From: an uncultured Acidobacteriota bacterium
GTDB taxonomy: Bacteria; Acidobacteriota; Vicinamibacteria; Vicinamibacterales; CAVVIG01
Direction of reading: 5' to 3'
Length of the DNA: 64,000 nucleotides
NCBI GenBank assembly: GCA_963807925.1
Contig: CAWEDP010000003.1
Span: 192,049-256,048 of the forward strand
How positions within the stretch are numbered: position 1 is the first letter of the stretch; the number at the start of each line of letters is the position of its first letter. Below the pieces are notes generated by a model that saw nothing but the letters and a program-made list of their open reading frames with translations, was not told the DNA's origin and ran no database searches. Positions 23,132 to 32,147 of the stretch are shown piece after piece. Made by a program: the position numbers and the translations under genes.

Positions 23132-24340
23132 CTACCGGCGCTTGCCGGCGAGTCCTGTCCGATACATTGCTTCGACCTCGCCCACGAGGCGAGTGGTGGA
23201 ATAGGCCTCCGCGACGTTGCGCTTCGCGCATCGGCCGAGCCGCCCGCGTTCGTCCGGGTGTTCGGCCAGGCGGACGAGCGCCGCCGCCAGCGCGGGTGAA
23301 TCCTGCGCGGGCACGAGCAGGCCGTCCACCTCGTGGGTGACCACGTCGGGGACGCCGCCTACGGCGGTCGACGCGACCGCTTTGCCGGCCGCCATTGCCT
23401 CGATGAGCGTGACCGGTGTGCCTTCGCTGAGCGACGACAGCGCGCAGATGTCGATCGTCGCGTACACCCGCGGCAGGTCGGCCAGCCAGCCGGCGAATCG
23501 GACGCGGGCGGCTATGCCGTTCTCCCGCACCAGCTGCTCCAGTTCAGACCGCAACGGTCCATCGCCGACAATCAGGAGGTACAGGTTCGGCACGCGGCGC
23601 CAGGCCGCGGCGAACGCTCGAATGAGCGACGCCACGTCCTTGATGGGCACCAGACGGCCCACGAATCCGACCACGATGTCTTCGGGGCGCAACCCGAATT
23701 CCGCGCGGTAGCTCGGCGCGTCAGCCGGGAGCTGCAGGAGCGGCTCCAGATCGAGGCACAACGAAATCACGACCACCTTCGACGGCGGCGCAATGGCGAA
23801 CCGTTCCACGATGTCGCGCCGCTGCAGGGGCGACAGCGTGACGATTCGATCGGTCAGGCGGGCGAGGGTCCGCTCGGCCAGGCGGACGGCTGCGTTGGTC
23901 GTCGATCCGAAATACCCGTCGAGGACGTGCCCGTGAAAGGTGTGCACGACCAGGCACCGGCTGCCCTTTGTCCGCGTGGCATTGCACATCCAGGCGGCGA
24001 TGCGGCCCACGGCGCCCGCCTTGGACATGTGCGTGTGCACGACGTCTGGGCGCTCGCGGCGGAGCAGCCGCAGCAGCCGCAGCAGGACGCGAGCGTCGCT
24101 GAGCGGACGCAGGATGCGGCCCAGGGGCGCGATCTTCTCGGTCGGAACGTGCGCCTCGGAGGCGAGCTGCTCGAGCGTGGATTCGCCATCGCCCACGCTG
24201 CCATGGACGAGCAGCGTGCGGTGCCCGCGCGCCGCCAGATTCTGGTTGAGCAGGATCACGTGGCGCGCCGCACCGCCGACGTTCAGTCGCGTGATGAGGT
24301 GGACGATCTTCAGCGGATCACCGGCCGTCAACGGCGTCAC
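23132..24340 (-). CDS. Glycosyltransferase family 4 (GT-B)
   Basis: ..KIVHLITRLNVGGAARHVILL.. at the N-terminus and a C-terminal ..FAGWLADLPRVYATIDICALSSLSEGTPVTLIEAMAAGKAVASTAVGGVPDVV.. (E-X7-E type motif). Confidence 0.85.
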   Translation of the reverse strand: MTPLTAGDPLKIVHLITRLNVGGAARHVILLNQNLAARGHRTLLVHGSVGDGESTLEQLASEAHVPTEKIAPLGRILRPLSDARVLLRLLRLLRRERPDVVHTHMSKAGAVGRIAAWMCNATRTKGSRCLVVHTFHGHVLDGYFGSTTNAAVRLAERTLARLTDRIVTLSPLQRRDIVERFAIAPPSKVVVISLCLDLEPLLQLPADAPSYRAEFGLRPEDIVVGFVGRLVPIKDVASLIRAFAAAWRRVPNLYLLIVGDGPLRSELEQLVRENGIAARVRFAGWLADLPRVYATIDICALSSLSEGTPVTLIEAMAAGKAVASTAVGGVPDVVTHEVDGLLVPAQDSPALAAALVRLAEHPDERGRLGRCAKRNVAEAYSTTRLVGEVEAMYRTGLAGKRR

Positions 24341-24346
24341 CCGGAC

Positions 24347-25450
24347 TCATTTGCGAGGCCGATCCAGGAGCTCCGCGAAGTGGGCGACGTAGGTCGCCCG
24401 TTGCGACGTCACGGAGTAGCGGTCCACGACGGTCTGCCGTCCGGCGGCGCCGAGGCGTGCCCTGAGCTGCGGCGAATCGACGAGCGCAGAGAGTCGGTCC
24501 ATCCAGTCCTCGTCGCCCGCTGCGAGACATCCGTTGATGCCGTCCTGCACGATGTCCGTGTTGACTCCGACCGGAGACATCACGGTCGGGAGGCCCATGG
24601 CCATGTAGGTGAGGCCCTTGAACCCGCACTTCCCGCGCGTCCACTCATTGTCGGGCAGCGGCATGATTCCGATGTCCATCGTGCTGAGATCGCGCACCTC
24701 GGTCTCCGACTGCCAGGCGACGCCCTGGACGCCAAGCGCCTCGTCCCGGAAGCTGGCGTCGCCGACGACCTTGAACCGGATACGCTCGCCATATTTTCCG
24801 CGCAACCGGCGGAGAACGGGTAATGCGTGGGTCAGGTGCTCGATCGTGCTGGGGCTGCCGGTCCATCCGATTTCCACCGGCCGGTCGGGTGGCGATTCGC
24901 ACCGGACGGGACCGAAGACGTCCGTGTCGACGGTGGTCGGGACGATGCGCACGCATCTCGAGTAACGCGACGCGTAGTCGGCGAGAAACCGGTTGCCGGC
25001 GAACACCATGTCCGCCCACGCGATCAGGCGCGGCGTCTTCGCCGGGTTCTTCAGCCACTGCAGCGACCGATTGCCGGCCGAGACCGCGGGGAGCCAGATC
25101 GCATCGTCGAAATCGAAGATCACCCGGGGCCTGGCGCGGCGCAGGAGCCGTTCGAAGACGGTCTGTCCGGTCATCAGCGCCTCGCGATGGACGAACACGA
25201 TGTCGTAGGTGTCGAACTGCCGCCAGTCCGCCAGCCGGGTCCACACGCTTCTCGCGAGAATGCCTGCCTTCGCCACGTGCCGCCCCTGGGCGTAGAACAC
25301 GCAATCGTCGGCGGCGCTCCGGATGAGCGGCGACAGGTGGCATTCGAAGCCGCGTGCCTTCAGGAATGGCAGGTACTGTTCGAATCTGAAGCGCTGGCTC
25401 GGCGATCGGTTGGGCCGGTGATTGGCAAGGAACAGGATGCGTGCGCCCAT
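24347..25450 (-). CDS. Glycosyltransferase (GT-B, GT1/GT4-like)
   Basis: Start at ATG 25450 (MGARILFLANH..). The C-terminal ..MDIGIMPLPDNEWTRGKCGFKGLTYMAMGLPTVMSPVGVNTDIV.. is typical of GT-B sugar transferases. It lies 6 nt upstream of the next GT gene. Confidence 0.75.
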   Translation of the reverse strand: MGARILFLANHRPNRSPSQRFRFEQYLPFLKARGFECHLSPLIRSAADDCVFYAQGRHVAKAGILARSVWTRLADWRQFDTYDIVFVHREALMTGQTVFERLLRRARPRVIFDFDDAIWLPAVSAGNRSLQWLKNPAKTPRLIAWADMVFAGNRFLADYASRYSRCVRIVPTTVDTDVFGPVRCESPPDRPVEIGWTGSPSTIEHLTHALPVLRRLRGKYGERIRFKVVGDASFRDEALGVQGVAWQSETEVRDLSTMDIGIMPLPDNEWTRGKCGFKGLTYMAMGLPTVMSPVGVNTDIVQDGINGCLAAGDEDWMDRLSALVDSPQLRARLGAAGRQTVVDRYSVTSQRATYVAHFAELLDRPRK

Positions 25451-25530
25451 CGAGTTTACGATCCGCGCGAAGGCCAGAGTGACGCCGCAGCGTCGCGGGT
25501 GTCTCGCGTACAATCGACAGCCAGCCAGCC

Positions 25531-26490
25531 GTGCACGCCCCACCTTTCAGCTCGCCCGAAGAGCTTCGGCCCCTCGGCATCGAGCTCGAATTCGCGCCGT
25601 GTGCGCTGTGCCGATCCGAAGCGTCCGATCCGGTGGTCGTCGGCTTCGATCGACTTCACGGCCGGCCGGGACGCTTCCGCGTGGTCCGCTGCCGCGCCTG
25701 CGGCCTGATGCGCACCAATCCGCGTCCGACGATCGACTCGATGGCTCAGTACTACCCGGAAGAGTACGAACCCTACCACCTGAGCGCCTTAGACGAGCCG
25801 GACCGCTGGCGCCGGATGGGACGATGGCTCGATCCGCTCGACGTGGCCACGCCGCCGCTGACACCGGGCGATCTGCTCGAAATCGGTTCGGCGAGTGGCA
25901 ATTATATGCTCGACATGCAACGCCGCGGCTGGCGCGTGACCGGTGTGGAGTTCGATGCGAACGCCGCCGCGACGGCGGCCCGCCGCACGGGCTCGGTTGT
26001 CCGCACCGGCGATCTCCTGACGATAAGGTTCGCGCCCGAGTCGTTCGATCTGGTCTGCGGCTGGATGGTCTTCGAGCACGTGCACGATCCGGTGCGCGCG
26101 CTGGCCATGTGCCGGGAGTGGCTGCGTCCGGGCGGCTGGATCGCGTTGAGCGTGCCCGACGCGGGCAGCTGGCAGTTCCACCTGTTCGGCCACGCCTGGT
26201 TTGCGCTGCAGGTCCCGACGCACCTGTACCATTTCACGCGCCAGACGCTGCGGGCGACTCTTCTGTCGGCTGGATACGATCGGATTTCGATCAAGAATCA
26301 GCGGACGCTGTTCGACGTGGCCATGAGCCTGGCCTACGTGGCCGGGGACTGGTCGGACGCCTCTGCGGCGCCCGCCCAGCGGGCCGCGCGGTCGCTGGCG
26401 TCGCGGGCAGTCGCCCGCGCGGCCGGCACGCTGGCCGGACCGCTTCGCTGGACCGGCCGCATCACGGCGTGGGCGCGCCGTTCGGGATAG
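25531..26490 (+). CDS. Class I SAM-dependent methyltransferase with an N-terminal CxxC..CxxC zinc ribbon
   Basis: ..CALCRS..(20 aa)..CRACGLMRTNP.., then SAM motif I ..DLLEIGSASGNYMLDM.. and ..FDLVCGWMVFEHVHDPVRAL..WLRPGGWIALSVP..; GTG start. Confidence 0.8.
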   Translation: MHAPPFSSPEELRPLGIELEFAPCALCRSEASDPVVVGFDRLHGRPGRFRVVRCRACGLMRTNPRPTIDSMAQYYPEEYEPYHLSALDEPDRWRRMGRWLDPLDVATPPLTPGDLLEIGSASGNYMLDMQRRGWRVTGVEFDANAAATAARRTGSVVRTGDLLTIRFAPESFDLVCGWMVFEHVHDPVRALAMCREWLRPGGWIALSVPDAGSWQFHLFGHAWFALQVPTHLYHFTRQTLRATLLSAGYDRISIKNQRTLFDVAMSLAYVAGDWSDASAAPAQRAARSLASRAVARAAGTLAGPLRWTGRITAWARRSG

Positions 26491-26500
26491 AGAAGGCGAG

Positions 26501-28057
26501 ATGATTCTTCCGGCGATCGCGGCTGGGTTGGTCTGCGCGGCGGTTGCGCTCCGCGACATGCTGAGCGGCGCCGACAATCCGTTCGCGCTCATGCGGAGCA
26601 CGATTGCCGCGCTCTGGGCGGCCGGCTGGATGGTCTACGGCCTCAACATCGCGCACTTCCCCCCGCCGAGCACGACAGCGCTCCTGTATCTGCTGCTGGC
26701 CTCGGCCGTGAACGTGCTGATGATTCCGTCGCCGGCGAGCTGGCGCCGCCCGGAGGTCGGGCGCGGGTTCGAGCGCGGCCTCGAACGCTGGTACTTCGCC
26801 CTGCTGATCGTCGTGGCCTCCGCCGTCGTCTGCTGGGACGTCTGGAACGTGATCGTCAAGCTGTCTGGCGGCGATCTCGCGCAGGCATTCATGCTGCACC
26901 GCGTCGATCGGACGAACCGGTCGGGCGCGTACGCCATTCCCGGCATCGAGGTGGCGCACGCGATCGCGGCAGCCACGGGCGCGCTCGGGTACGCGCTGTG
27001 GGCGCGAAATCGCAGCCGGGTCGGCGCGCTCGCTGCCTGCCTGGGCCTCGTGACGATGATCACCTCCACCGGGCGCTGGGACGTCGTGGCGTACGGGCTG
27101 TGGTGCCTCGCCATTGACGTGGCATTCCGGCAACCGGCGGCGCACAAGGGGGCCGTCCTGGCTCAGCTGCGGCTCTTCGTCCTGCTGGCCATCTTCTTCG
27201 CGCTCCACGGGCGGCTGCTGGGTAAAACGGAATTCCTCGAACAGTTCGCCCGCGGGGCGTCGGCCGGTGCCGTGGCTTCGCTGAACGCCCCCGAGGCGCT
27301 CGGCTACAAACCCGGTGCGCCGGGTGCCCGGGCGCCAGGCGGCCGGCGGAACGCGAATCAAGGGCGCCCCCGCGCCACCCCGAACGGCGTTCCCATTCCG
27401 GTTCCGCTCGATGCCTTTCCGCCGGGCGTTGTGGCAGGACCGGCGGCCGAACCGGACGCGGACGAGCCCGAGCCCTGGTCGTCGCCGCTCGGCTGCGAAC
27501 GGTGGGAATCGGCCGCCGACACGGCTCGCCGGGCCTTTGCCCGATTGTCCGGCGTGGAGACGATGTTCATCGTCTACTTCGGCGGGCCGTTCGCGGCCTT
27601 CGATCGTGCGCTCTGCGAGGATCGTCCGGCGGTGCGCGCCGTGCTGTTCTACTGGCCGCGGAAGATCGCGACGGCGGTCGGCCTCCGGCGGCCCACCGCC
27701 ACCTATGCCGTCGATCCGTTCATCGACATCGGGGTGCCGTACAACAATTTCACCGTGATGTATCCGTTCTGGAGCGAGCTCGGGCCGATCGGCGCGGTGC
27801 TCGGCTGGATCCTGACCGCGGCGCTGCTGCGCCTGTTCATGGCCGCCGCCGTCGGCCGGGCGGGCACGTTCGGGGTCGCGGGGGTGGTGGCGGCGATCGC
27901 TCCGCTGACGATGGGGATCCGCGCCTTGTGGGGCAACACGTTCTTCGACGGATCGCTCGTGATCTACGTCGGCGTGGCGGCGGGCTACTGGGTGGCCGCG
28001 CGGCTCGGGCGGCGCGGCCTCGAGGTCGAGCCGCCGGCGCTTGCGTCGACTCAGTAG
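26501..28057 (+). CDS. Polytopic membrane protein, probable oligosaccharide repeat-unit polymerase (Wzy-like)
   Basis: About 10 hydrophobic helices with a ~110-aa Pro/Ala/Gly-rich hydrophilic loop in the middle. It sits among GT, flippase and methyltransferase genes. The family assignment rests on topology and context only. Confidence 0.5.
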   Translation: MILPAIAAGLVCAAVALRDMLSGADNPFALMRSTIAALWAAGWMVYGLNIAHFPPPSTTALLYLLLASAVNVLMIPSPASWRRPEVGRGFERGLERWYFALLIVVASAVVCWDVWNVIVKLSGGDLAQAFMLHRVDRTNRSGAYAIPGIEVAHAIAAATGALGYALWARNRSRVGALAACLGLVTMITSTGRWDVVAYGLWCLAIDVAFRQPAAHKGAVLAQLRLFVLLAIFFALHGRLLGKTEFLEQFARGASAGAVASLNAPEALGYKPGAPGARAPGGRRNANQGRPRATPNGVPIPVPLDAFPPGVVAGPAAEPDADEPEPWSSPLGCERWESAADTARRAFARLSGVETMFIVYFGGPFAAFDRALCEDRPAVRAVLFYWPRKIATAVGLRRPTATYAVDPFIDIGVPYNNFTVMYPFWSELGPIGAVLGWILTAALLRLFMAAAVGRAGTFGVAGVVAAIAPLTMGIRALWGNTFFDGSLVIYVGVAAGYWVAARLGRRGLEVEPPALASTQ

Positions 28058-29010
28058 CCGGCGCGGCGCGTTCGCATCAGCGCGGCGCCCGCACGGTGGC
28101 CGACGTCGAGAACCAGCCGCAGGTACGCGGATCCGATCGACCCGAGCTCCCGAAACGATCCGCGCGCGGCTGCGTGCGCGATCCGGCTGCCGAACTCCAG
28201 GGCGGTAACGCCTACCAGCAGGCACGCCGACGGCGCGGCGTAGTGCTTGAACCCGTACAGCAGACGACTCCGCAACAGATAGAACAACCGTTGAGCCTGC
28301 GCCTGCCCGCTCGACACGCCTCCGTGGTGACAGGCGGAGGCGTCTGAGATGTACACCGATCGGAACCCGAGCTGCCTCGCCCTGAGCGAGAAGTCCACCT
28401 CCTCGAAGTAGACGAAGAACCGTTCGTCGAACCCGCGCAGGCGCTCGAACAACGATCGGCGCACCAGGAAGAAGGCGCCGATGATCTGGTCGACCTCGCG
28501 CGTCTGCCGGCATTCATCGGCCGACATCAGGTGCGGCGGGAACAGACGCGGCCACACGTCCGCGAGACCGGTCGCCTGGCCGAAGAACGTCGAGAGCGTG
28601 GGAAAGCGCGCGCACGAGGTGACTGCTTCTCCGCGCTCGTTGACCAGGTGGACGCCGGCGATGCCGACCTCCGCATTGGGCGGCGCCTCCATGAAGGCAA
28701 GCGGCATCGACAACGAGTGGCCGAACACGGCCGTGTCGGGATTCAGGAACAGGAGATAGTCCGCCCGGGATCCTGCTGCGCCCTGGTTGCACGCTGCGGC
28801 GAATCCCCGGTTCTCGCCGTTGCGATCCAGGGTCACCGGCAACGGGCCGTTCTCGAGGTCCTCGCACGATCGGTCCGAGGACGCGTTGTCCACCACCACG
28901 ATGCGCTCGATGGAGAACGACGAGCGATCCAGGCTCTTCAGGGATCGGATGCACGCGCGCAGCGCGTCGCCGGTATTCCAGTTGACGATGACGATGTCGA
29001 CCGATGGCAT
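28051..29010 (-). CDS. Glycosyltransferase family 2 (GT-A)
   Basis: Start at ATG 29010. ..VDIVIVNWNTGDALRACIRSL..IVVVDNASSDRS..NRGFAAACNQGA..YLLFLNPDT.. is the classic GT2 (rhamnosyltransferase-like) pattern. Confidence 0.85.
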   Translation of the reverse strand: MPSVDIVIVNWNTGDALRACIRSLKSLDRSSFSIERIVVVDNASSDRSCEDLENGPLPVTLDRNGENRGFAAACNQGAAGSRADYLLFLNPDTAVFGHSLSMPLAFMEAPPNAEVGIAGVHLVNERGEAVTSCARFPTLSTFFGQATGLADVWPRLFPPHLMSADECRQTREVDQIIGAFFLVRRSLFERLRGFDERFFVYFEEVDFSLRARQLGFRSVYISDASACHHGGVSSGQAQAQRLFYLLRSRLLYGFKHYAAPSACLLVGVTALEFGSRIAHAAARGSFRELGSIGSAYLRLVLDVGHRAGAALMRTRRAGY

Positions 29011-31136
29011 GCGCGCGGGATGATGCGCTACACTGCCACACCTTGCTGCCCGTCGCAACACGCGCCGCGGTCCACCCCGACGGCGACGCGCGACCCGACA
29101 CCGCACGGCATCCGTGGCTCGATCGTACGCGGACGAGCGCCCTCATCGTGCTCGCGGCGGCTCTGGTCGTGGTTCCCGGGCCGTACGGCTCGTCGTTCGC
29201 GGGTCCGCCGCTCGGCGCGTCCGGAAGAGTCGCGCTGGCGATCGTGTTCGGGTCGTGGCTATGGTCGCGATTTCTGCCCTCCGCGCGAGGGCCTGCGTGG
29301 CGCACGCACGCGCTACTCCTCGGGCTGGTGGCGCTCAAGGTTCTGCTGGCGGCGGTCTCGGTCCCCGCCGGGTGGCGCGGCCAGTATGCGTTTCTCGATC
29401 AGCGGGGACAATGGCACTCCGCCGAATTCTTCTGGCGTTTCTCGCGGCATCGGTTTCGGATCGATCCGACACCGGCGCTGCCGCAGCCGGCGTCCGATCT
29501 GCACTTCCTGAACGACATCCCGAGCTACGGGTATCCGCCGTATTCGGCGGTCCGGCGCGACGTGGAATTTCCGCTGACGGTGACATGGACCGGATATGTG
29601 GATGTCGATGCGGCCCTTCCGGTCCGGCTGTCCGGGACGAGCGCGGGCGCCCTGACCGCGCAGATCGACGGCCGCGACGCCGGAGCGTTGAACGCGCGGG
29701 ACCTCGTGCTTGCGCCAGGCGAGCACGTCATCCGCATTCGATACGACAAGCCGGCGGGCGAACCGCCGCGGGTGGCGGCGCTGCTCACCGGCACCGGGAC
29801 CGGCCGCTCCCTCGTCGTCGCTCCACGCCCCGGCCCGGCGCCGACGACGCGTCCCGTGGCGCCGCTCGGCTCGGCGCTGGTGTGGATCGGCCTCGGTCTG
29901 GCGGCCTCGGCGTTCGTGCACGCCTCGTTGCGGCGTCCCTGGCGCTCGTCAGCCAATGTCGTCGCCGCTCTGGGGTTGGCGTCGTCCGCCCTGGTGATCG
30001 TCTGGACCCTGCGGCTCGCCATCGCAATGCTGGGCGTCACCCTGTTCCTGCACGGCGGCGGCGACCCGCTCGTGTATGCGAGCGACGCCAGAGATATCCT
30101 CCTGCACGGGCTGCTGAATCTCCGCGGCGCCGAGGTCGGGCAGGCGCAGCCTTTCTACCACTACCCCTTCTATCCCTATCTCCTTGCGGCTGCGCACGCG
30201 CTCGTCGGCGACGACGGGTCGACGATCTTCCTCGTGAACGGATTTGCCCTCGCGCTGCTTCCGTGGCTGTTCTGGCGCCTGGGTTGGCGGGCGCTGTCGC
30301 CGGTGGCCGCGGTGTGGGCTTTTGCGAGCCTGGTCGCGTTCATCGCGTGGTACTGCTGGCCGATTGCGGCGTTCGAGGAGCCCTCGTTCACCGACGTCGT
30401 GTTCGTCGCCCTCGTGTTCGCTGCCGTGGTTGGACTCGCCCGAGCCTACGACTCGCCGACCCCCGGCCGCCTGTTGTGCGCCGGGATTCTCACCGGCATC
30501 GGATGCGCCACGCGGCCCTCGCTGGCGATCTTCGTGCCAATGGCGGCGATCTCGATGTGGTGGTGGGTAGGCCGGGCGCTGGGACGCTGGATCGCGGCAG
30601 GCACGTGGTTCGCGGCCGGTGTGCTCGGCGCCCTGCTGCCCTTCGCGGTGCGTAATCTTTTGGCTGCCCGACAGGTCGTTCTGCTCGTCAACTCGTGGAT
30701 TCAGATTCCCTATTTCCTCGTGCCGCCCGAAGCGCCGGTCAAGCCGGGACTGGAAGCCGGAATCCCTGGTCTGGGCCAGTCGTTGCGGCTGGCGGGCGCC
30801 ATCGTCATGAGCGACCCGGCAGGGGCGCTGTGGGTCGAGACGCGAAAGCTGCTGTTCACGCTGGGGTGGGCAGGATTCGGGCCGGCCGGACTCGAGGGCC
30901 ACACGGCGCTGGTGATTCTGCCTGCGCTGTTCGTTGTCGCCGCCTGGCGGTGTCGGATTCCACGGAATGTGCTGGCCGCGGTCGCCGTGTTCGCCCTCTC
31001 GCACATCGCCGCGATGATCGTGGCCGCGCCGTGGACGTACCACCTGAAATCGATTCTCCCGCTGCACGCGGCGTTTCTGTTCGGGTCGGCCTATCTGCTC
31101 GAGGGGTCGAGGCCACGGCGCCGCGTCGGGTCCTGA
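29004..31136 (+). CDS. Membrane glycosyltransferase-like protein (GT-C/ArnT-PMT-like polytopic core) with an inserted PA14-like extracytoplasmic domain
   Basis: Three N-terminal TM helices are followed by ~170 hydrophilic aa (..WRGQYAFLDQRGQW..FPLTVTWTGYVDVDAALPVRLSGTSAGALTAQIDGRD..GEHVIRIRYDKPAGEPP..) that resemble a PA14/GLEYA beta-sandwich. Then come >=10 TM helices with short loops, as in GT-C enzymes. The start is uncertain: ATG 29004 overlaps the divergent GT2 start by 7 nt. Confidence 0.6.
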   Translation: MACARDDALHCHTLLPVATRAAVHPDGDARPDTARHPWLDRTRTSALIVLAAALVVVPGPYGSSFAGPPLGASGRVALAIVFGSWLWSRFLPSARGPAWRTHALLLGLVALKVLLAAVSVPAGWRGQYAFLDQRGQWHSAEFFWRFSRHRFRIDPTPALPQPASDLHFLNDIPSYGYPPYSAVRRDVEFPLTVTWTGYVDVDAALPVRLSGTSAGALTAQIDGRDAGALNARDLVLAPGEHVIRIRYDKPAGEPPRVAALLTGTGTGRSLVVAPRPGPAPTTRPVAPLGSALVWIGLGLAASAFVHASLRRPWRSSANVVAALGLASSALVIVWTLRLAIAMLGVTLFLHGGGDPLVYASDARDILLHGLLNLRGAEVGQAQPFYHYPFYPYLLAAAHALVGDDGSTIFLVNGFALALLPWLFWRLGWRALSPVAAVWAFASLVAFIAWYCWPIAAFEEPSFTDVVFVALVFAAVVGLARAYDSPTPGRLLCAGILTGIGCATRPSLAIFVPMAAISMWWWVGRALGRWIAAGTWFAAGVLGALLPFAVRNLLAARQVVLLVNSWIQIPYFLVPPEAPVKPGLEAGIPGLGQSLRLAGAIVMSDPAGALWVETRKLLFTLGWAGFGPAGLEGHTALVILPALFVVAAWRCRIPRNVLAAVAVFALSHIAAMIVAAPWTYHLKSILPLHAAFLFGSAYLLEGSRPRRRVGS

Positions 31137-31149
31137 GCGGCTGTTCACG

Positions 31150-31800
31150 ATGGACGCGCCACAGAACTACTTCGCCACCCGTTTCACGCGCGACCCTCGC
31201 CGGGAGGCGCTGTGGACGCATCTGACGCGGTTCCTCGCGAGGTACGTTCCGCCCGAGGCGGCGGTCCTCGAGCTCGGCGCGGGGTACTGCTATTTCATCA
31301 ACAACGTGCGCGGCCGGCGGCGCGTGGCCGTCGACGTGAGCCCCGACGCCGTCCGGTCGGCAGCGCCCGGCGTCGAAGCCGTGCGGGCCGACGCGCTGGA
31401 TTTTCTCGCGGCCGTGCCGGACCGGACGTTCGACTTCGTGTTCGCCAGCAACTTCCTCGAGCACTTCGAGTGGCCGGCCCTGACGTCCATGATTGCGGAC
31501 CTGCGCCGCGTCCTGGGCGATGGCGGCCGCCTCTGTCTCGTGCAGCCGAACTTCCGGCTCGCGCCCCGCCGCTACTTCGACGACTACACGCATCGGACGG
31601 TGTTTTCCGACGTCTCGCTGGTCGACTGGCTCGAAGCCTCGGGATTCCGCGTGCTGGAATGCCAGCCGCGGTTCCTGCCGCTCACCGTGCGCAGCCGTCT
31701 CGGTGGGTTCGCCTTCCTCGTGCCGCTGTACTTGAGATTGCCGTGGCGTCCATTCGCGGGCCAGATGTTCGTCCTCGCCGAACGTCGTCGATCCAGCTGA
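31150..31800 (+). CDS. Class I SAM-dependent methyltransferase
   Basis: ..AAVLELGAGYCYFINN.. (motif I), ..FDFVFASNFLEHF..LRRVLGDGGRLCLVQPN.. Confidence 0.8.
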   Translation: MDAPQNYFATRFTRDPRREALWTHLTRFLARYVPPEAAVLELGAGYCYFINNVRGRRRVAVDVSPDAVRSAAPGVEAVRADALDFLAAVPDRTFDFVFASNFLEHFEWPALTSMIADLRRVLGDGGRLCLVQPNFRLAPRRYFDDYTHRTVFSDVSLVDWLEASGFRVLECQPRFLPLTVRSRLGGFAFLVPLYLRLPWRPFAGQMFVLAERRRSS

Positions 31801-32147
31801 AGCGACCCGCACACGGGTCACAACAAAAAAACGGCTTGCTGCGCCGTACCCCGGCTATACTCCCTCCTCCGCGTCGCGAGCGTTGCCCTTTCGGCCGCGA
31901 GCGATCGCACCCCTGTGAGGTCTCGTGCCCACCAGCGTTGATGTTGACAAATAGTGATGCCGGACGGCCGTCGCGGTAACCGGAACCAACGGAGGCGGCA
32001 TCCGTCTCAGGGATCGATAGGGTCGGGCGTTGAAATCGCGCCAGGATGGGCCGCTCGCACGAGCGGTATGGGAATGCCGAAGCTCCCTCTAGTGCCCCGG
32101 GGCGTCGGCTTGGGGTCCAGGGGCCCAAAGGCTTAGAGGACAAACCA

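Noticed and set aside
27240-27560. A low-complexity Pro/Ala/Gly/Arg-rich stretch in the middle of the Wzy-like gene, which looked like another out-and-back frameshift
   Set aside because: Neither alternative frame (ORFs 27315..27758, 27502..28347) contains protein-like sequence, and hydrophobic helices resume in the same frame. It is best read as a hydrophilic loop.
31804-31831. Hairpin GACCCG-caca-CGGGTC followed by an A7 run, just after the methyltransferase stop
   Set aside because: The stem is short (6 bp). It is followed by A rather than T residues on the sense strand, and on the opposite strand the T-run precedes the stem. It is not a canonical intrinsic terminator in either direction.
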